DNA of 36,070 nucleotides from Jimgerdemannia flammicorona (Eukaryota): positions 1-36,070 of the forward strand of contig RBNJ01000230.1 in NCBI GenBank assembly GCA_003990765.1, given 5' to 3'. Shown piece by piece: positions 23,438 to 34,573 of the stretch; positions within the stretch are counted from its first letter, which is position 1; each line of letters opens with the position of its first letter. The notes under the pieces were generated by a model that saw only the letters and a program-made list of their open reading frames with translations, searched no databases and was not told the DNA's origin. The position numbers were made by a program, and so were the translations under genes.

Positions 23438-24564
23438 ACCCTGTCAGAGTGCCAGACCTTGCAGCCACAGGCTTTCATGCAGCCCTTACATTCGGGGGTA
23501 TGGGTGGAGGAGGCAGAGGAGGAACCAGCAGAGGAGGTCAAAGGCAAGCGAGTAGCCGAAGGGACAGTAGTATGAGGAACACTACCATGAGGACAGATGG
23601 ACTTGGCTGGGTGCCAGTAGGCATGGTAGAGGCAACCAGAGCAGACAGCATAAGGCCAGGCCCTGACAGGGCGAGAACCAAGTTGGTGGCCATGTTTGGG
23701 GGCTGGGGGAATGGAGGAGGAAGCCTTGGTGGGGGAGAGAGACCGGAAAGAGGCCGACGAAGCTTGATTGAGCTTGGCAGGGGTCTTGGTGGGGGTCTTG
23801 GAGGGGGCCTTGGTAGCAGCAGCAGTGAAGGAACAAACCTCAGCATGAGCAGCAGTGCGAGCTTCAGCATGAATAGCCTCAGAGACCAAAACCTCAGGGG
23901 AGGCAGGCAAGGGAGCAGTGGCAGTGGTGCGAGCAGCAGCAGCAGCACATGATGTCTCCTACTCGTGAAGGCGAGCAACAAAAGAGGTGCTGGTAAGGAG
24001 AAAACGACACACAGCATCGATGTCGGTAGTGACAGAAGGAACATCTTAGATGGTGAAGTCACAGAAAGGGGCAGCATCTGAAAGATGAGAGGAGGCGAAG
24101 ACCATGAAGGCAGCACAGGTATGGTGGAAGGAGGCAGAAGCGGTGGTAGTGGAAGTGGCAGCAGTGGCAGCACAAACCTCTTCAGAGAGGGCTTGGCAGT
24201 GGGCCTCAGGAAGAACGGAGTAGCGGATGGCGAGCAGAGTGACAATGTCGATGTCACAGTGGAGATGAGCCTCCTTGGCAGAGAGGGCAAGAACTGACTG
24301 GAACTGGGAGAGGAGTGGATGACCAGAGAGACAAAGGTCCAAGAGGAGGGAAAGAATGGTGGACAAGATGTAGGTCTCGAATGAGACAGTGGTGGGGGTG
24401 AAGGCAGGGGGAGGAGGAGGAAGAGCCTCATCCATGAGCTCATCGATGAGGACAGAGGCCCTGAGGGCAGGTGGTACAGCAGAGGAGGAAAAAGGTCCAG
24501 CAGGAGCCAAGGGAGCGAATCCAGAGCCAGTGTCAAAGCGAATAGAAGACATGTGGAAAGGCAT
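23368..24564 (-). pseudogene. putative PLE ORF1 with Cys/His clusters
   Basis: Track ORFs 24046-24564 and 23368-23910 share a frame. CSGC...HPAKSIC and CKGC...HSDRVC motifs; differences between repeat copies include third-position changes in the MSSIRFDTG frame. Confidence 0.55.
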
Positions 24565-26282
24565 ATATAAGGGGGATGAATAAAGAATGTAACCGAATTT
24601 GCATCAGCCATTTATTGCCATGTAAAAACATGGTCCTTATATATAAAATATGATATCCCAAAAGGGAGGACATGCCATAACTCAGGGTGAACTGAATTAG
24701 GAACCACATGACTGCCGGAGATAGGCAGAGATAAAGGGGGAGCCAATCCCAGTTGTAGGATAAAAATCACAAACAAACACAAACAAAACAAATCCAAATC
24801 AAGATTAAAAAACATCCACAGACCCCGGAGGGGTGAGCATGAGCAAGGGGTGAGGCTGAAACAGAGTGAGCCATAGTGAGCCCAAGCGAAGCGAGGGGCC
24901 GAAGGCAGCAGAGGGAAGCAGAGTAAGGCCAAGACCCCGGAGCAAGTGCAAGACCCTGGAGGGGGCAAAGATGTTTTTTAATCTCGATTTGGATTTGTTT
25001 TGTTTGTGTTTGTTTGTGATTTTTATCCTGCAACTGGGATTGGCTCCCCCTTTATCTCCACCTATCTCCGGCAGTCATGTGGTTCCTAATTTGGTTTGCC
25101 CTGAGTTGTGGCACATCCTCCCTTTTGAGATGTCATATTTTGTATATAAGGACCACATTTTTACGTGGCAATAAATAGCTGATGTATATTCAGTTACATT
25201 CTTTGTTTGTCCCCCTTATACATGCCTTTCTACATGTCTTCCATTCGCTTTGACACTGGCTCTGGGTTCGCTCCCTTAGCTCCCACTGGGCCTTCTTCCT
25301 CCCCTCCTTGGCCAGATGGTGTGATGCAGACTCTGGGAGCCACTGGCAACAATTCAAGAAGATGAAGAGTCTTTCTTTCAGTAATGTGGCTGGCTTTATG
25401 GTGAGCATCTAACTCACTAGTATGCTCTGGTGGACTAGGGGATGTGGGTTAGGCCCTTAGACTTTCTTTCACTTAGAGGAGACTCTCACTGCATCTTCAA
25501 GGCATAGAGGTATATTAGGAGATTTTGGAAGGTGCTCAGAGGATTTTGGAAGGTGCAGCTGATGATTGGCCAAGGTGGATGAGGTGATTTCAATACATGG
25601 TGTGATAGTGACTAGTGATTGGTAGATATCAGATGGTGCAATTCAAGATGGCAGTAACAATTAGGCCAGGTAATTGGTCAGTAATAGTGTGATGATCAGC
25701 AGGAGGATCAGTAGGGTGACTACTTCACTACTTTGGGGAGGGGAGAGCCAGTAGGTCAGGTGCATGTTGCAGAGGTACTTAAGGTACTGGGGTTGCATCC
25801 AGTGGCCCTTCTGGGGCAAGGTCAGATATGATGGTAGTATCACTTGAGGTACTAGTGTCACAAGCCAGATGGTGACTTCTGACTCAGAGCTGGGCAGAGA
25901 GAGTCCATTTGTTAAGTATGTAGGTTGGCACTGAGCAGCCAAGGTAGGGTGGAGTAACTTATTATTGGGGAAATCTCAGGCCTACACACCACTTCTTTTT
26001 GCTTTGCAATTATATATATTATTTGTATGAGAGAACTGGTTGTGGCCTTGGTGGGGGCTTTGTTATCAGTAAGGAGGGAGAGGTGAGAGTGACTCAGAGC
26101 AGAGAGAACCAGGTATCAGCCACCTTGGTCTTGCCAAGGTTAGGTATCAGGTCATTTAAGGCTACTCTGTTCAGGGCCTGACCCCACTTATTTTCTTGTC
26201 AGGAAATCCAGGGGATGTTTTCCTGCTGTTCACTTTATACTATATTCTGAATAAATAAGTATGGAAAAAAAAAAAAAAAAAA

Positions 26283-27400
26283 GACAATAACAAATTTGTC
26301 TAGATATGGATGTAGGATGGTATTCATCAGTGTCTGGAAGATTGTAGGGGCATTAGTTGAGTCAAAGAGTATAACCAGAAACTTGAAATATCCATAGCAA
26401 GTTCAGAAGGCAGTCTTATAGATGTCTTCTTCTTTCATAGCAATTTGTCAATAACTATTTCACAGATCAAAAGAGCTCATAAATTGTGAGTTGGTAAGCC
26501 TATCAAATATTTAATTGATTCAGGATAGTGGGAAACAGTTCTTAATAGTCTATTTATTGAGGTCTTGATAATCAATACATATTTACAGGTCTCCTCCTTT
26601 CTTGACAACAAAGAGGACTGGGGCACCATAGAGTGATACACTAGGTCTAATGAATCCTTGTTCTAGGAGTTCATTGATTTCTTTCTTGAGTGCATCAATT
26701 TCTCTCAGAGATATAATAGATTGACTTGAAGGCAGATTTGACATCTGGGATAGTCTTGATAGTATGGTCTACTACTTATTTAGATGGTAGATCTTTTAGG
26801 AGTTTCTTTAGAAATATATCTTGGAATTTCTGGAATAGGGGTCTGACATGGCTGTCAACTTTGGAAAAGTCTTCTTCAGAGTTTTTGGGTTCTTCTTTGG
26901 ATGGTCAGATAGAGATAGCAAAGAGAGGGCATTTTTTGGCCAATTTCTTGAGTTGTAGCTTGTTGATGTGAGTGATCTTTGGACCAGAGTCACTAGAATT
27001 GAGAGGGTCCTTTTTACCTTACAGTTTGAAGTTATAGTATTCTTTCTTAATAGTTAGAGAATGGTTTACCCAATCAATCATGAGGTTTTCTTATTTTAAT
27101 TATAGAGTTCTAAGAATGATCTTATTGTCAGAAAGTGGTACAATCTGGAGTATAACATATACTTAGTAGTCACTAATTCAGAAGAGTAGGTTGCAAACTT
27201 TCTTGCTAATAATATAGAAGATTCCATCAGCAGTAACAAGTGCTTGAGTCTGTTGTACCAGAGAGGTCAGGATCTTGAGTCTGTTGGCTATTTCTTCATT
27301 GATGAAGTTGCCTAAGGCACTACTGTTTATCATAATCTTGATAGGTGCTCAGTTGACAAAAGCTTAAAGTGTAAGTAGTTTGTCTGATCCAATGCTAGTA
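26283..27400 (-). pseudogene. B protease and RT N-terminal half
   Basis: IMINSSALGNFI (from DSGA.GNFI) at about 27300-27340; [45 protein letters not shown] ending at the LINE3 tail. Confidence 0.9.
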
Positions 27401-27597
27401 ATTTTAGTTGTAGGAGCTTTCCTTCTGTTGGTTCTTCTTTGGGCCAGTTCATTGATATAAGAGAAGCAATCATTAATTATTCAAGAAGAGTATATTCTAA
27501 TGCCATGGGGGTATCAGCCACTTGGTACAAATCCATCTTCAATTTTCTTATAGAATTGTTCTTTCTTACTTACAGTAGATTGGGCTAGCACCTTGTT

Positions 27598-28010
27598 TGA
27601 TAAGCCAAATCCTTTAGATCCTTGGATGGTGGGCAGTAGTTCAGAGACTTCTTTGACTATCAGAGTTGATTCAATTTTCTTAAATAGGATCTAGACAATA
27701 TAAAAACCAATAGAGATCTTGAAGGGTGTCCAACTATGGTTTTAGATGAGGACAATTATTTCTCTTCATCAATGACTTCTTCTTCTACTGAGAGTTCTTT
27801 CAGTGCTAGGCTGCTGTAGCAATATATTCTTCCAATATATCCTTCAGGGATTTGGATGCTGATCTCTATATAGACTTGCTTGACTTCTCAGTTAGAAACT
27901 GTAGCTTCTTCAGCTGTATATAGGTCATAACCAGCTGCTTTTTGACTTCCCTTGGTTGGAGCCTTAGCAGTTGGCCTTAACTTGACAAAGTCTACTGTCT
28001 TGGTGGTCAG
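27598..28010 (-). pseudogene. dUTPase domain of Gypsy B
   Basis: FVKLRPTAKAPTKGSQKAAGYDLY (I), IPEGYIGRIYCYSSLA (II), EVID (III), TIQGSKGFGLS (V). Confidence 0.92.
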
Positions 28011-28059
28011 ATTGTTAAGATAGTACAGAGTAGTAATAGTTGCTCATATTGCTGTTCAG

Positions 28060-29950
28060 GGGTTTCAGTTGGGGCAGACACTGGTCATATGTTCTGTCTT
28101 TTGGCAATAGAAGCATGCTCTGCTTTTTTGGAGTTCATTTCTTTCTCTTTTAGTGAGTTTCTTGAAGATACTTAGCTAAGTGAGTTCAGAATTTCAGAGG
28201 TATCCATGAGGTGGATGTGGAGGGAGCTTTGGGTGTTTCATGCTTGGATTCTTCTTTCTTGGTCTAAGTCTTTTTTTTGTTGTTGAATTGTCTTTGAGGC
28301 AGAATTGGTCCAGCTGTTAGGATTTGCTTGACCATAGTCTTGATTCTTGCCAGGCACTACTGTTGGTGGTTATAACCAACTGGGCATTCTTGTTCTCAGA
28401 TTTTTCTTATAAACCATTCAGGTAGTATATCAAATAAATAGTCTGCTCTTGTACCATTTCATGCTTCATCATTGGTAATATATCCTAGGCCAATAGTATT
28501 CAGGAGTAACTTAAGTTTTGTATAGAAGGTTTTGAATTCCTTCTTGCTATGTATATCAAATTTGAGGTTGCAGAGTTTTACTTGAGATTCAGCAATTAGA
28601 GTTTCACTGCAGTATTGAGCAATTATGAGTTGTTTGAGTCTAGGGGCTACAGGGTGGTCTCTATATCCTGGGGCATTATTTGCTGCATTCTGGTCAACTA
28701 CTGCAGGTCAGATATTCTATATGAGGGATTTTTCAGAAAGGGTTCACCACTATTCTTCAGCAGGTCCTTAGAAGAATATGACAACTCAGCAGACATAGGC
28801 TATAGTGGTAGTGAAGAGTTGTTCCAGAGTGTGGTTTTGATTGTTTGTCAGAAGGCAGTCAGCAACTCACTTGTTGATCCATTGATTGGCTTCAAAGTTG
28901 ATATCAACTACACTAATAAAGCTCTGGACTTCTTGTGCAGTACCATTGAAGGTAAGTAGACTCAGACTTTTTGTTGGTCTGGTTTGTTCAGCTAAAGCAG
29001 TAATAGTTACTGCTATTATGGCCACCTGTACTATAAGGTCTAGAATCTGTTGATTTGCTATGTCATTTACTGGAGGTGGTTAGACTACTGATAGTAGTAT
29101 TACTGGTACTACCTGAGGTACTGGTGCAGAGTGTGGTGGTGTTCTTTGAGTCTGTATAAGTTGCTGGAGTAACTATTGTGGGTCTGGAGTAAGAGCTTGA
29201 TAGATAGCTATCTGTTGCTGTATAGGTGTGTTTTGTCCTGATAGAGATATATCTCATTCAGTAGTATATCCAGGATCAAATTCACTGAGATACTCCTCCT
29301 CTTCTTCAGTTTAGTCCCTGTATAATTGAGTTTGCTCAGCATTAAAGTAGATAGAATTGGTTGTATATTAGATTTCAGATGGGCTTAATTCAAAAGCTGG
29401 TTCTGATTCAATACTGGTCTCAGTTTCAGATAAGATTGTAGCTAGGCCTGCTTCTGGTTTGGGGTTAGATTGTTGACAGAGAGTTTCTCTGACTTCTTCT
29501 TTAAGAATATAGTAGGTCTTGCAATTCTGAAAGTGGTAGTATAAGGTGGTCTTAGTTCTGGTATAGTGATAGTTAGTAGAGTTGAGCTACTTGGCTATGA
29601 AGGCTTGAGCTTCATAAGGAACTAAGACTAGAAAGTCTGCTGCTGGTTGTCCTAGATCACTCAGATTTGTGAAGCTGACAAAACTCTTGTTGAGGAGAGT
29701 AAAGAAGGTTTCTATAAGACCTTCTTCATCTTGACTTGCAGGGTGTAGAGCAAGGAGTTCAGTGTATAGGGTTTCACCTATTTGCTGATTTAATTGGAGT
29801 ACTTCTTTTTGTAAATGAAGTCTGTCTCACTTGTTGCAGGTATGGAGGTTAAATTGTCCTTATATGTCAGGTTCAATTCTTTCCAGATTGTCAGATGGTT
29901 CAGAATAAATTCCAGTTCAGAGGTTAGGCTTTATACCAACTTGTAGGAAT
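28060..29950 (-). pseudogene. B gag, decayed, with CX2CX4HX4C knuckle
   Basis: ACFYCQKTEHMTSVCP at about 28073-28118; lies between the PBS and the dUTPase. The 5' boundary is approximate. Confidence 0.75.
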
Positions 29951-30009
29951 TCTCAGAAGAGTTTATAGTGGGGTAAGGAAGTGTCTTGAAGTAGAATTAG
30001 ATTGTAAAC

Positions 30010-30020
30010 TACTGCTATCA
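30010..30020 (-). other. PBS-like site of B
   Basis: TGATAGCAGTA (probably decayed TGGTAGC..) 3 nt after the 5' LTR end. The primer was not identified. Confidence 0.5.
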
Positions 30021-30023
30021 AGT

Positions 30024-32073
30024 TGTAAGAGGGTTACTTATTAGGGTAACTGTTACATAGTTCTGGAAGGGTTTTTCTGGAAGTTCTGAATATTCTGAAA
30101 GACTTTTTTCTTTAAGTCAAGATCAATTTTGTATAGAGTACATCCTCTATCTTTATTGATTTCAAGATTGGATTAACATCTCAACCAAAGTCCTTATTTG
30201 AACTAGTTCTAGATATTCAGGATTTTCTGTATTTCAGGAAGTTCAAGAAACTAAGACCAGCTTAGTTGAATCAGCATATCACTGCAGATAATATCCAATT
30301 AGAAAATTTCATAATGGGGTTAGGAGTGAGACCTAATGTGGAGTGGATTTACTTAAGAGTGGTTTATAGATTATTAAATAAATTTATTCACTATTTATGA
30401 TATTGCTATACTAGAAGTAGTTGTGTAAAGAGATATTAGAGAAGTGTTCAAAAGTTGTATTTAGATTGTTCTGTATGTTCAAGCCTAAGATTCTGAGGTC
30501 TGAGAGAGGGGGTATTTATACTAATAGGAGGCTATCTGAACTATGCTAAATATAGATATAGCACTTAGTGCCTTACTGAGTTAGAATATAGTTATGTAGT
30601 ATGAGTGTGATCTGATATATCAAGAGATCATCTGACTACTAAGTTAGTTCACAGTTACATCATATAAAGTTAATATAACTATACTAATAACTGCTAAGCT
30701 ATCTATAGATTTAAATGCTGTCTGGGTATTCTTCAATGATATTACCATTGATGATATCATCTCTGAAAAAGTAGTCATCTAGAAAGAGTTGTTCTCAGAT
30801 TACTTCTCCCTGTTCACTCAAGTAATAATATATTGGGACCTTGTCACTATTCCACAGAATAGCATCATCTATCTCATATTCTGAGTATGGAGTTGGTGAG
30901 TAAAGTAGGAGTACATCATCTTCACTTTCATTGGATTCACTGTCTGCATACCTTCTATAAGTTATAGCACTATATGTTGCTGGGCTATAGTAAGCTGGCA
31001 ACTGTTGTTCATGTCACTTATACTCAGGTGGTAGGGTTATTAGTTTGATCTTGAGGGTTGTCTGGAGATATAGATTGTATTCTCTGGTCTCTTTATTATA
31101 GTTGAAGTAATCAAGAGTGAATATAGATTGATACTTATACCAGTAGTCATTATCTCAATAGGTCTCATAGGTAGTTATGAACTGTGTAAGTTCATTGGCA
31201 ATATCAGTGGAGTGATCAGGGTTGGTAGGGATCCTTGGCTAGAGGTCATATCAGCATCAGAGGGATTGTTATCTTCTGCTTCATTATTGTTAAATTAGAT
31301 TATATTGTAGACATCCTTTATGGTATATCCAACTTGGGGCATTTGTAGGATATGGTCATTAGGATGTAGGAAGGTTCTGTCTGTAGTTTGAATATACTTG
31401 ATATACTTGTAGTTGAGTTCTTGTATCATATTGTTGATTTGGCCATAGGACAGGGTGGCAACCATTTTGATAGTAGTGACTTGGAGGCAGAGAATAAAGG
31501 TGCTGTACTCATAGAAGAGTTCTTAGTATTTGCAGATAATGAGTTTCTGGTGTTGGGACATCTGGATAATATCCATATCATGGTGGTGTTTGACCATATC
31601 TTTCAGGAGGTATCCAATCTAGTAGTAGCTTGAGATTTATCTGATTTAGTAGGCTTTGTTGAGTATGTTCAGAGTATTCTATTGGGCTTTTATGAAGTAG
31701 AGAGGTGCAAGACTATGGATATTCATGAGGGGCAGAGGGAGTGTGGCTCAGTTGACAATGGCATTCCAAATATCAGTTCAGATGCAGTTGTAGATTTCAG
31801 TGGTCATGTTTATATATATATTCAAGAGTTGAAGTTGTTTGTTTGGTTTGTTGTGGTTCTCTGTTTCAATATGTCTAAATGCTTGGTATATATATATTCA
31901 GTCCTGATTGGTAAGATTCCATTTGTATAAATCTTATATTTTATAACTTTGAGTTGACTCAGCTTTATATGCTATGACTTCAGTTTGACTCAGCTTTATA
32001 ATATTGCATGTGATTTCCAGATTTGTTCAGAGGTTACATGTGATTTTGGTGGCTTGAAGGTTGTACACTTATA
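30024..32073 (-). repeat. B 5' LTR (about 2050 bp)
   Basis: TGTAAG...CTTA(C>T)A; colinear with 15622-17678. Confidence 0.93.
30711..31807 (-). pseudogene. LTR-encoded accessory ORF(s) of B, unknown function (second copy about 16310-17413)
   Basis: ATG at 31807 (MTTEIYNCI...) opens about 210 codons whose stops are all C>T-derivable; at least one is a sense codon (CAG) in the other LTR. A second Tyr/acidic frame runs about 31230-30711. Confidence 0.65.
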
Positions 32074-33799
32074 CTTGATGATATCCTGATCTCTAGTACA
32101 ACTAAGGAAGAATATCTTAAGTATATCTAAGTAGTCTGAGAGATCCTATAAAAATACAAGTTTTATATAAAGCTCAAGAAGTGTGAATTCTTTAAAGAAC
32201 AAGTCAAATATCTTGACCACATTATCTCTGAACAAGGAATTCAAATAGACCTATATAAGATAAAAGTAATTCAAGAATAGCATATTTTATCAAATCTCAC
32301 AGAACTCTGATTCTTTCTTGGTCTAGCTAACTATTATCATTACTTTGTCAGAAACTTCTCTAATATTACTAAGTCACTAACTAATCTCATGAGGAAGACC
32401 CCTCACTCTGATCACTACATATCCTATATCTAGAACTTCTTTTATCAACAAGCCTTCTAAGAACTCAAGAACTATCTAATTTATACTCTAGTTCTATATA
32501 ATACAGATCCAAGTCTGAAATTCACCATCACTACTAATGTGTCAAATTTTACTATTAGAGCAGTCCTATTACAAGATGATAGCAAAGGACACTGTTTTAT
32601 TATCTTTGAGTCTCACAAGTTGACCCCAGCTAAACAAAAGCTAGCTACTTATAAGAAGGAGTTACTGGTGATAATATATATACTAGACCATTGATAATAC
32701 TATCTAGAAGATATTGAGTTTGATATCATTATTGACTATCAATCTCTCAAGTACATTAACACCCAATCTACCCTATTATATCTATAAGCCAAGTAGAGCC
32801 TCAAGCTTCAAACCTTCTATCCAATAATCATCTACAAGTTTGGCAAAACACTTGTAGTACCAAATGCCTTATTCAGACATTCAGATCTCACTATAATTAT
32901 GCAAGTCACTTTGGTATCTAAATTTCTAGACCAAATCAGACAAACTTATAATAAAGATACTATTACTATTAGAGTTTTCTCCAATAAGCTCAAGGATACA
33001 TATATCATTGAGGACAACCTGATCTACCATCAAGACTAAGTCTATTTATCTGATAATATAAACTTATACTATAAGATATTATGAGAACATCATGACTCCC
33101 CTCTTGTCAGTTATCTTGAAATTGAGAAAACTGTCAAGAATATCTAGTATTACTACTATTGGCTGAGTATGGTCAAGAAAATCAAGAACTATATTGCTAG
33201 CTATAATATCTGTCAGTACAATAAGTCTACCAATCAAGTATCAGCTAGTTTGCTACAATTACTGTCAATTTTAATCAAGAAATTTGAGTAAGTTATAATA
33301 GACTTTATAACTCAACTACTACAAACTCAATCTGATGCTGATGCTATTATTATATTCATTGACTGCCTGACCAAGACTATGGTTACTGAACCAACCACTA
33401 TCAATACTATTATACCTGAGATTGTAAGAATTTTCTGTAAGTCCATCTTCTATTACTATGATCTACTATAAGTAATTATCATCAACTATGACCCTAAGTT
33501 CACCAGTCACTTCTGGCAAACTCTCTTCAAGACTCTGGAAATCCAATTAGCTATATCTACTGCCTTTCACTTACAAACTGATAGACAAACTGAGTGCATG
33601 AACAGAACTCTAGAATAAATACTTAGAAACTATATTTCTTATAAATAAGATAATTGAGACCATTACTTAACTTATATAGAATTTGTATATAATAATGTCA
33701 TTCAATTATCTACTGGTCTTTTTCCTTTTTGAGTACTCTATAGTCAAGATTCTAAGATCTCTACAAGTCTAGTTTCTTTCAAGAAGAGCAGTCAAATAC
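32074..33799 (+). mobile_element. Gypsy element A, 3' segment (RT from LDDIL, RNase H, integrase)
   Basis: LDDILISST, KLKKCEFF, FLGLANYY, FTITTNVS..IRAVL, EHHDSPL, DFIT, DPKFTSHFW, STAFHLQTDRQTE. Confidence 0.9.
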
Positions 33800-34573
33800 T
33801 GTAATAACTCTGATTTTTACCCCTCTCTTATCCTTTGGATAATTAGGGAAATAAGATATTACTTAGGAGCTTAGCACACAAGTGAACCAAGAAGCCTTCA
33901 GTATGAGAAAGTACTCACTTGAAAGTAGTTGTAGTAGCAATATCCTTCAGGTAACTATAGTTACAAAAGACTTGTTCTTTACTATGCACAGACTGAATTT
34001 GCCTTAGAATTCAGATTTAATAGGAGTTTACTTAAGTCTTTATAATTTATATACTAGTCTCAACTCTGGCAGAAGTTAGCTAGGCTTTTGGAGTTTAGTC
34101 TGAAATACTAGAGTCACTTAGTTGTTATTACTAAGACTCAGGAGAATATATATATATGGAGGGAGACTTGATTCTTGTATCAAGGACTGAACTAAAACTC
34201 TCTTTATTTTGGATGGAAACTGAGAGATATTTATACAAGTTGGTTTATAATTTCTAACTAAGTATAAGTGCCTAATTTGGTAACTATAGATGAGATTTGT
34301 AATCATGACCTTTGTTAGGTGATTTATGATCAGGAATACTTTGTAATCAGGACCTCTGTTGTTAGGCAATAATCAATTACTATAGCACTTTTACTGTAGT
34401 ACCAAATTACTAAGGATAAGCTAGATATCATTTATTGTATTTTATTTATATCATTTGTTATATTTGTCATTTATATATCATATATCACTTAATGGTAATA
34501 TCATTACTAGGTTATGTGATTACTTATTGTATGTTGTATCTTATCTATTTATTTGTTCACTCATTCTATTACA
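33800..34573 (-). repeat. 3' LTR of LTR element D (774 bp), inserted in the integrase region of A
   Basis: TGTAATA...TATTACA perfect 7-bp inverted ends; - strand PPT TTTTAAGAGGGGAAAGGA at 34574-34591. Confidence 0.8.

Larger units (their letters stand above)
20871..25309 (-). mobile_element. Penelope-like element lacking GIY-YIG, with direct and inverted pseudo-LTR copies
   Basis: PLE-type RT. 20871-21372 is a direct repeat of 24482-24983; 24970-25304 is an inverted copy of 24483-24816 and 20871-21205. Confidence 0.88.
20461..26281 (+). mobile_element. LINE3: 5'-truncated non-LTR element (about 1.2 kb of own sequence: 20461-20870 plus 25524-26281), interrupted by the PLE
   Basis: AATAAA at 26250, A18 tail at 26265-26282, 15-bp TSD, and decayed C*VC (25910) ... 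HFFLLC (25990) resembling an ORF2 C-terminal zinc motif. The 3' end differs from LINE1 and LINE2. Confidence 0.75.
15622..32073 (-). mobile_element. Gypsy element B: full-length chromovirus with 2-kb LTRs and nested inserts
   Basis: Paired LTRs, 5-bp TSD CTTGA (15617-15621 and 32074-32078), PPT, PBS-like site, and gag-dUT-PR-RT-RH-IN-chromo order. Confidence 0.93.

Noticed and set aside
23538..24611. 357-aa L/P/S-rich - strand ORF as PLE ORF1
   Set aside because: It is a low-complexity alternative frame of C/T-rich DNA. The other frame has Cys/His motifs and synonymous-type variation. Not fully excluded.
20871..25309. DNA transposon (TIR/foldback) or DIRS element
   Set aside because: There is no transposase, tyrosine recombinase or RNase H. 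The RT motifs are PLE-type, and the inverted ends are pLTR copies.
25521..25556. 15-bp direct repeat gattttggaaggtgc at the edge of the 214-bp duplication
   Set aside because: It may be a simple 21-bp slippage duplication in LINE3. A link to the PLE insertion cannot be shown from one copy.
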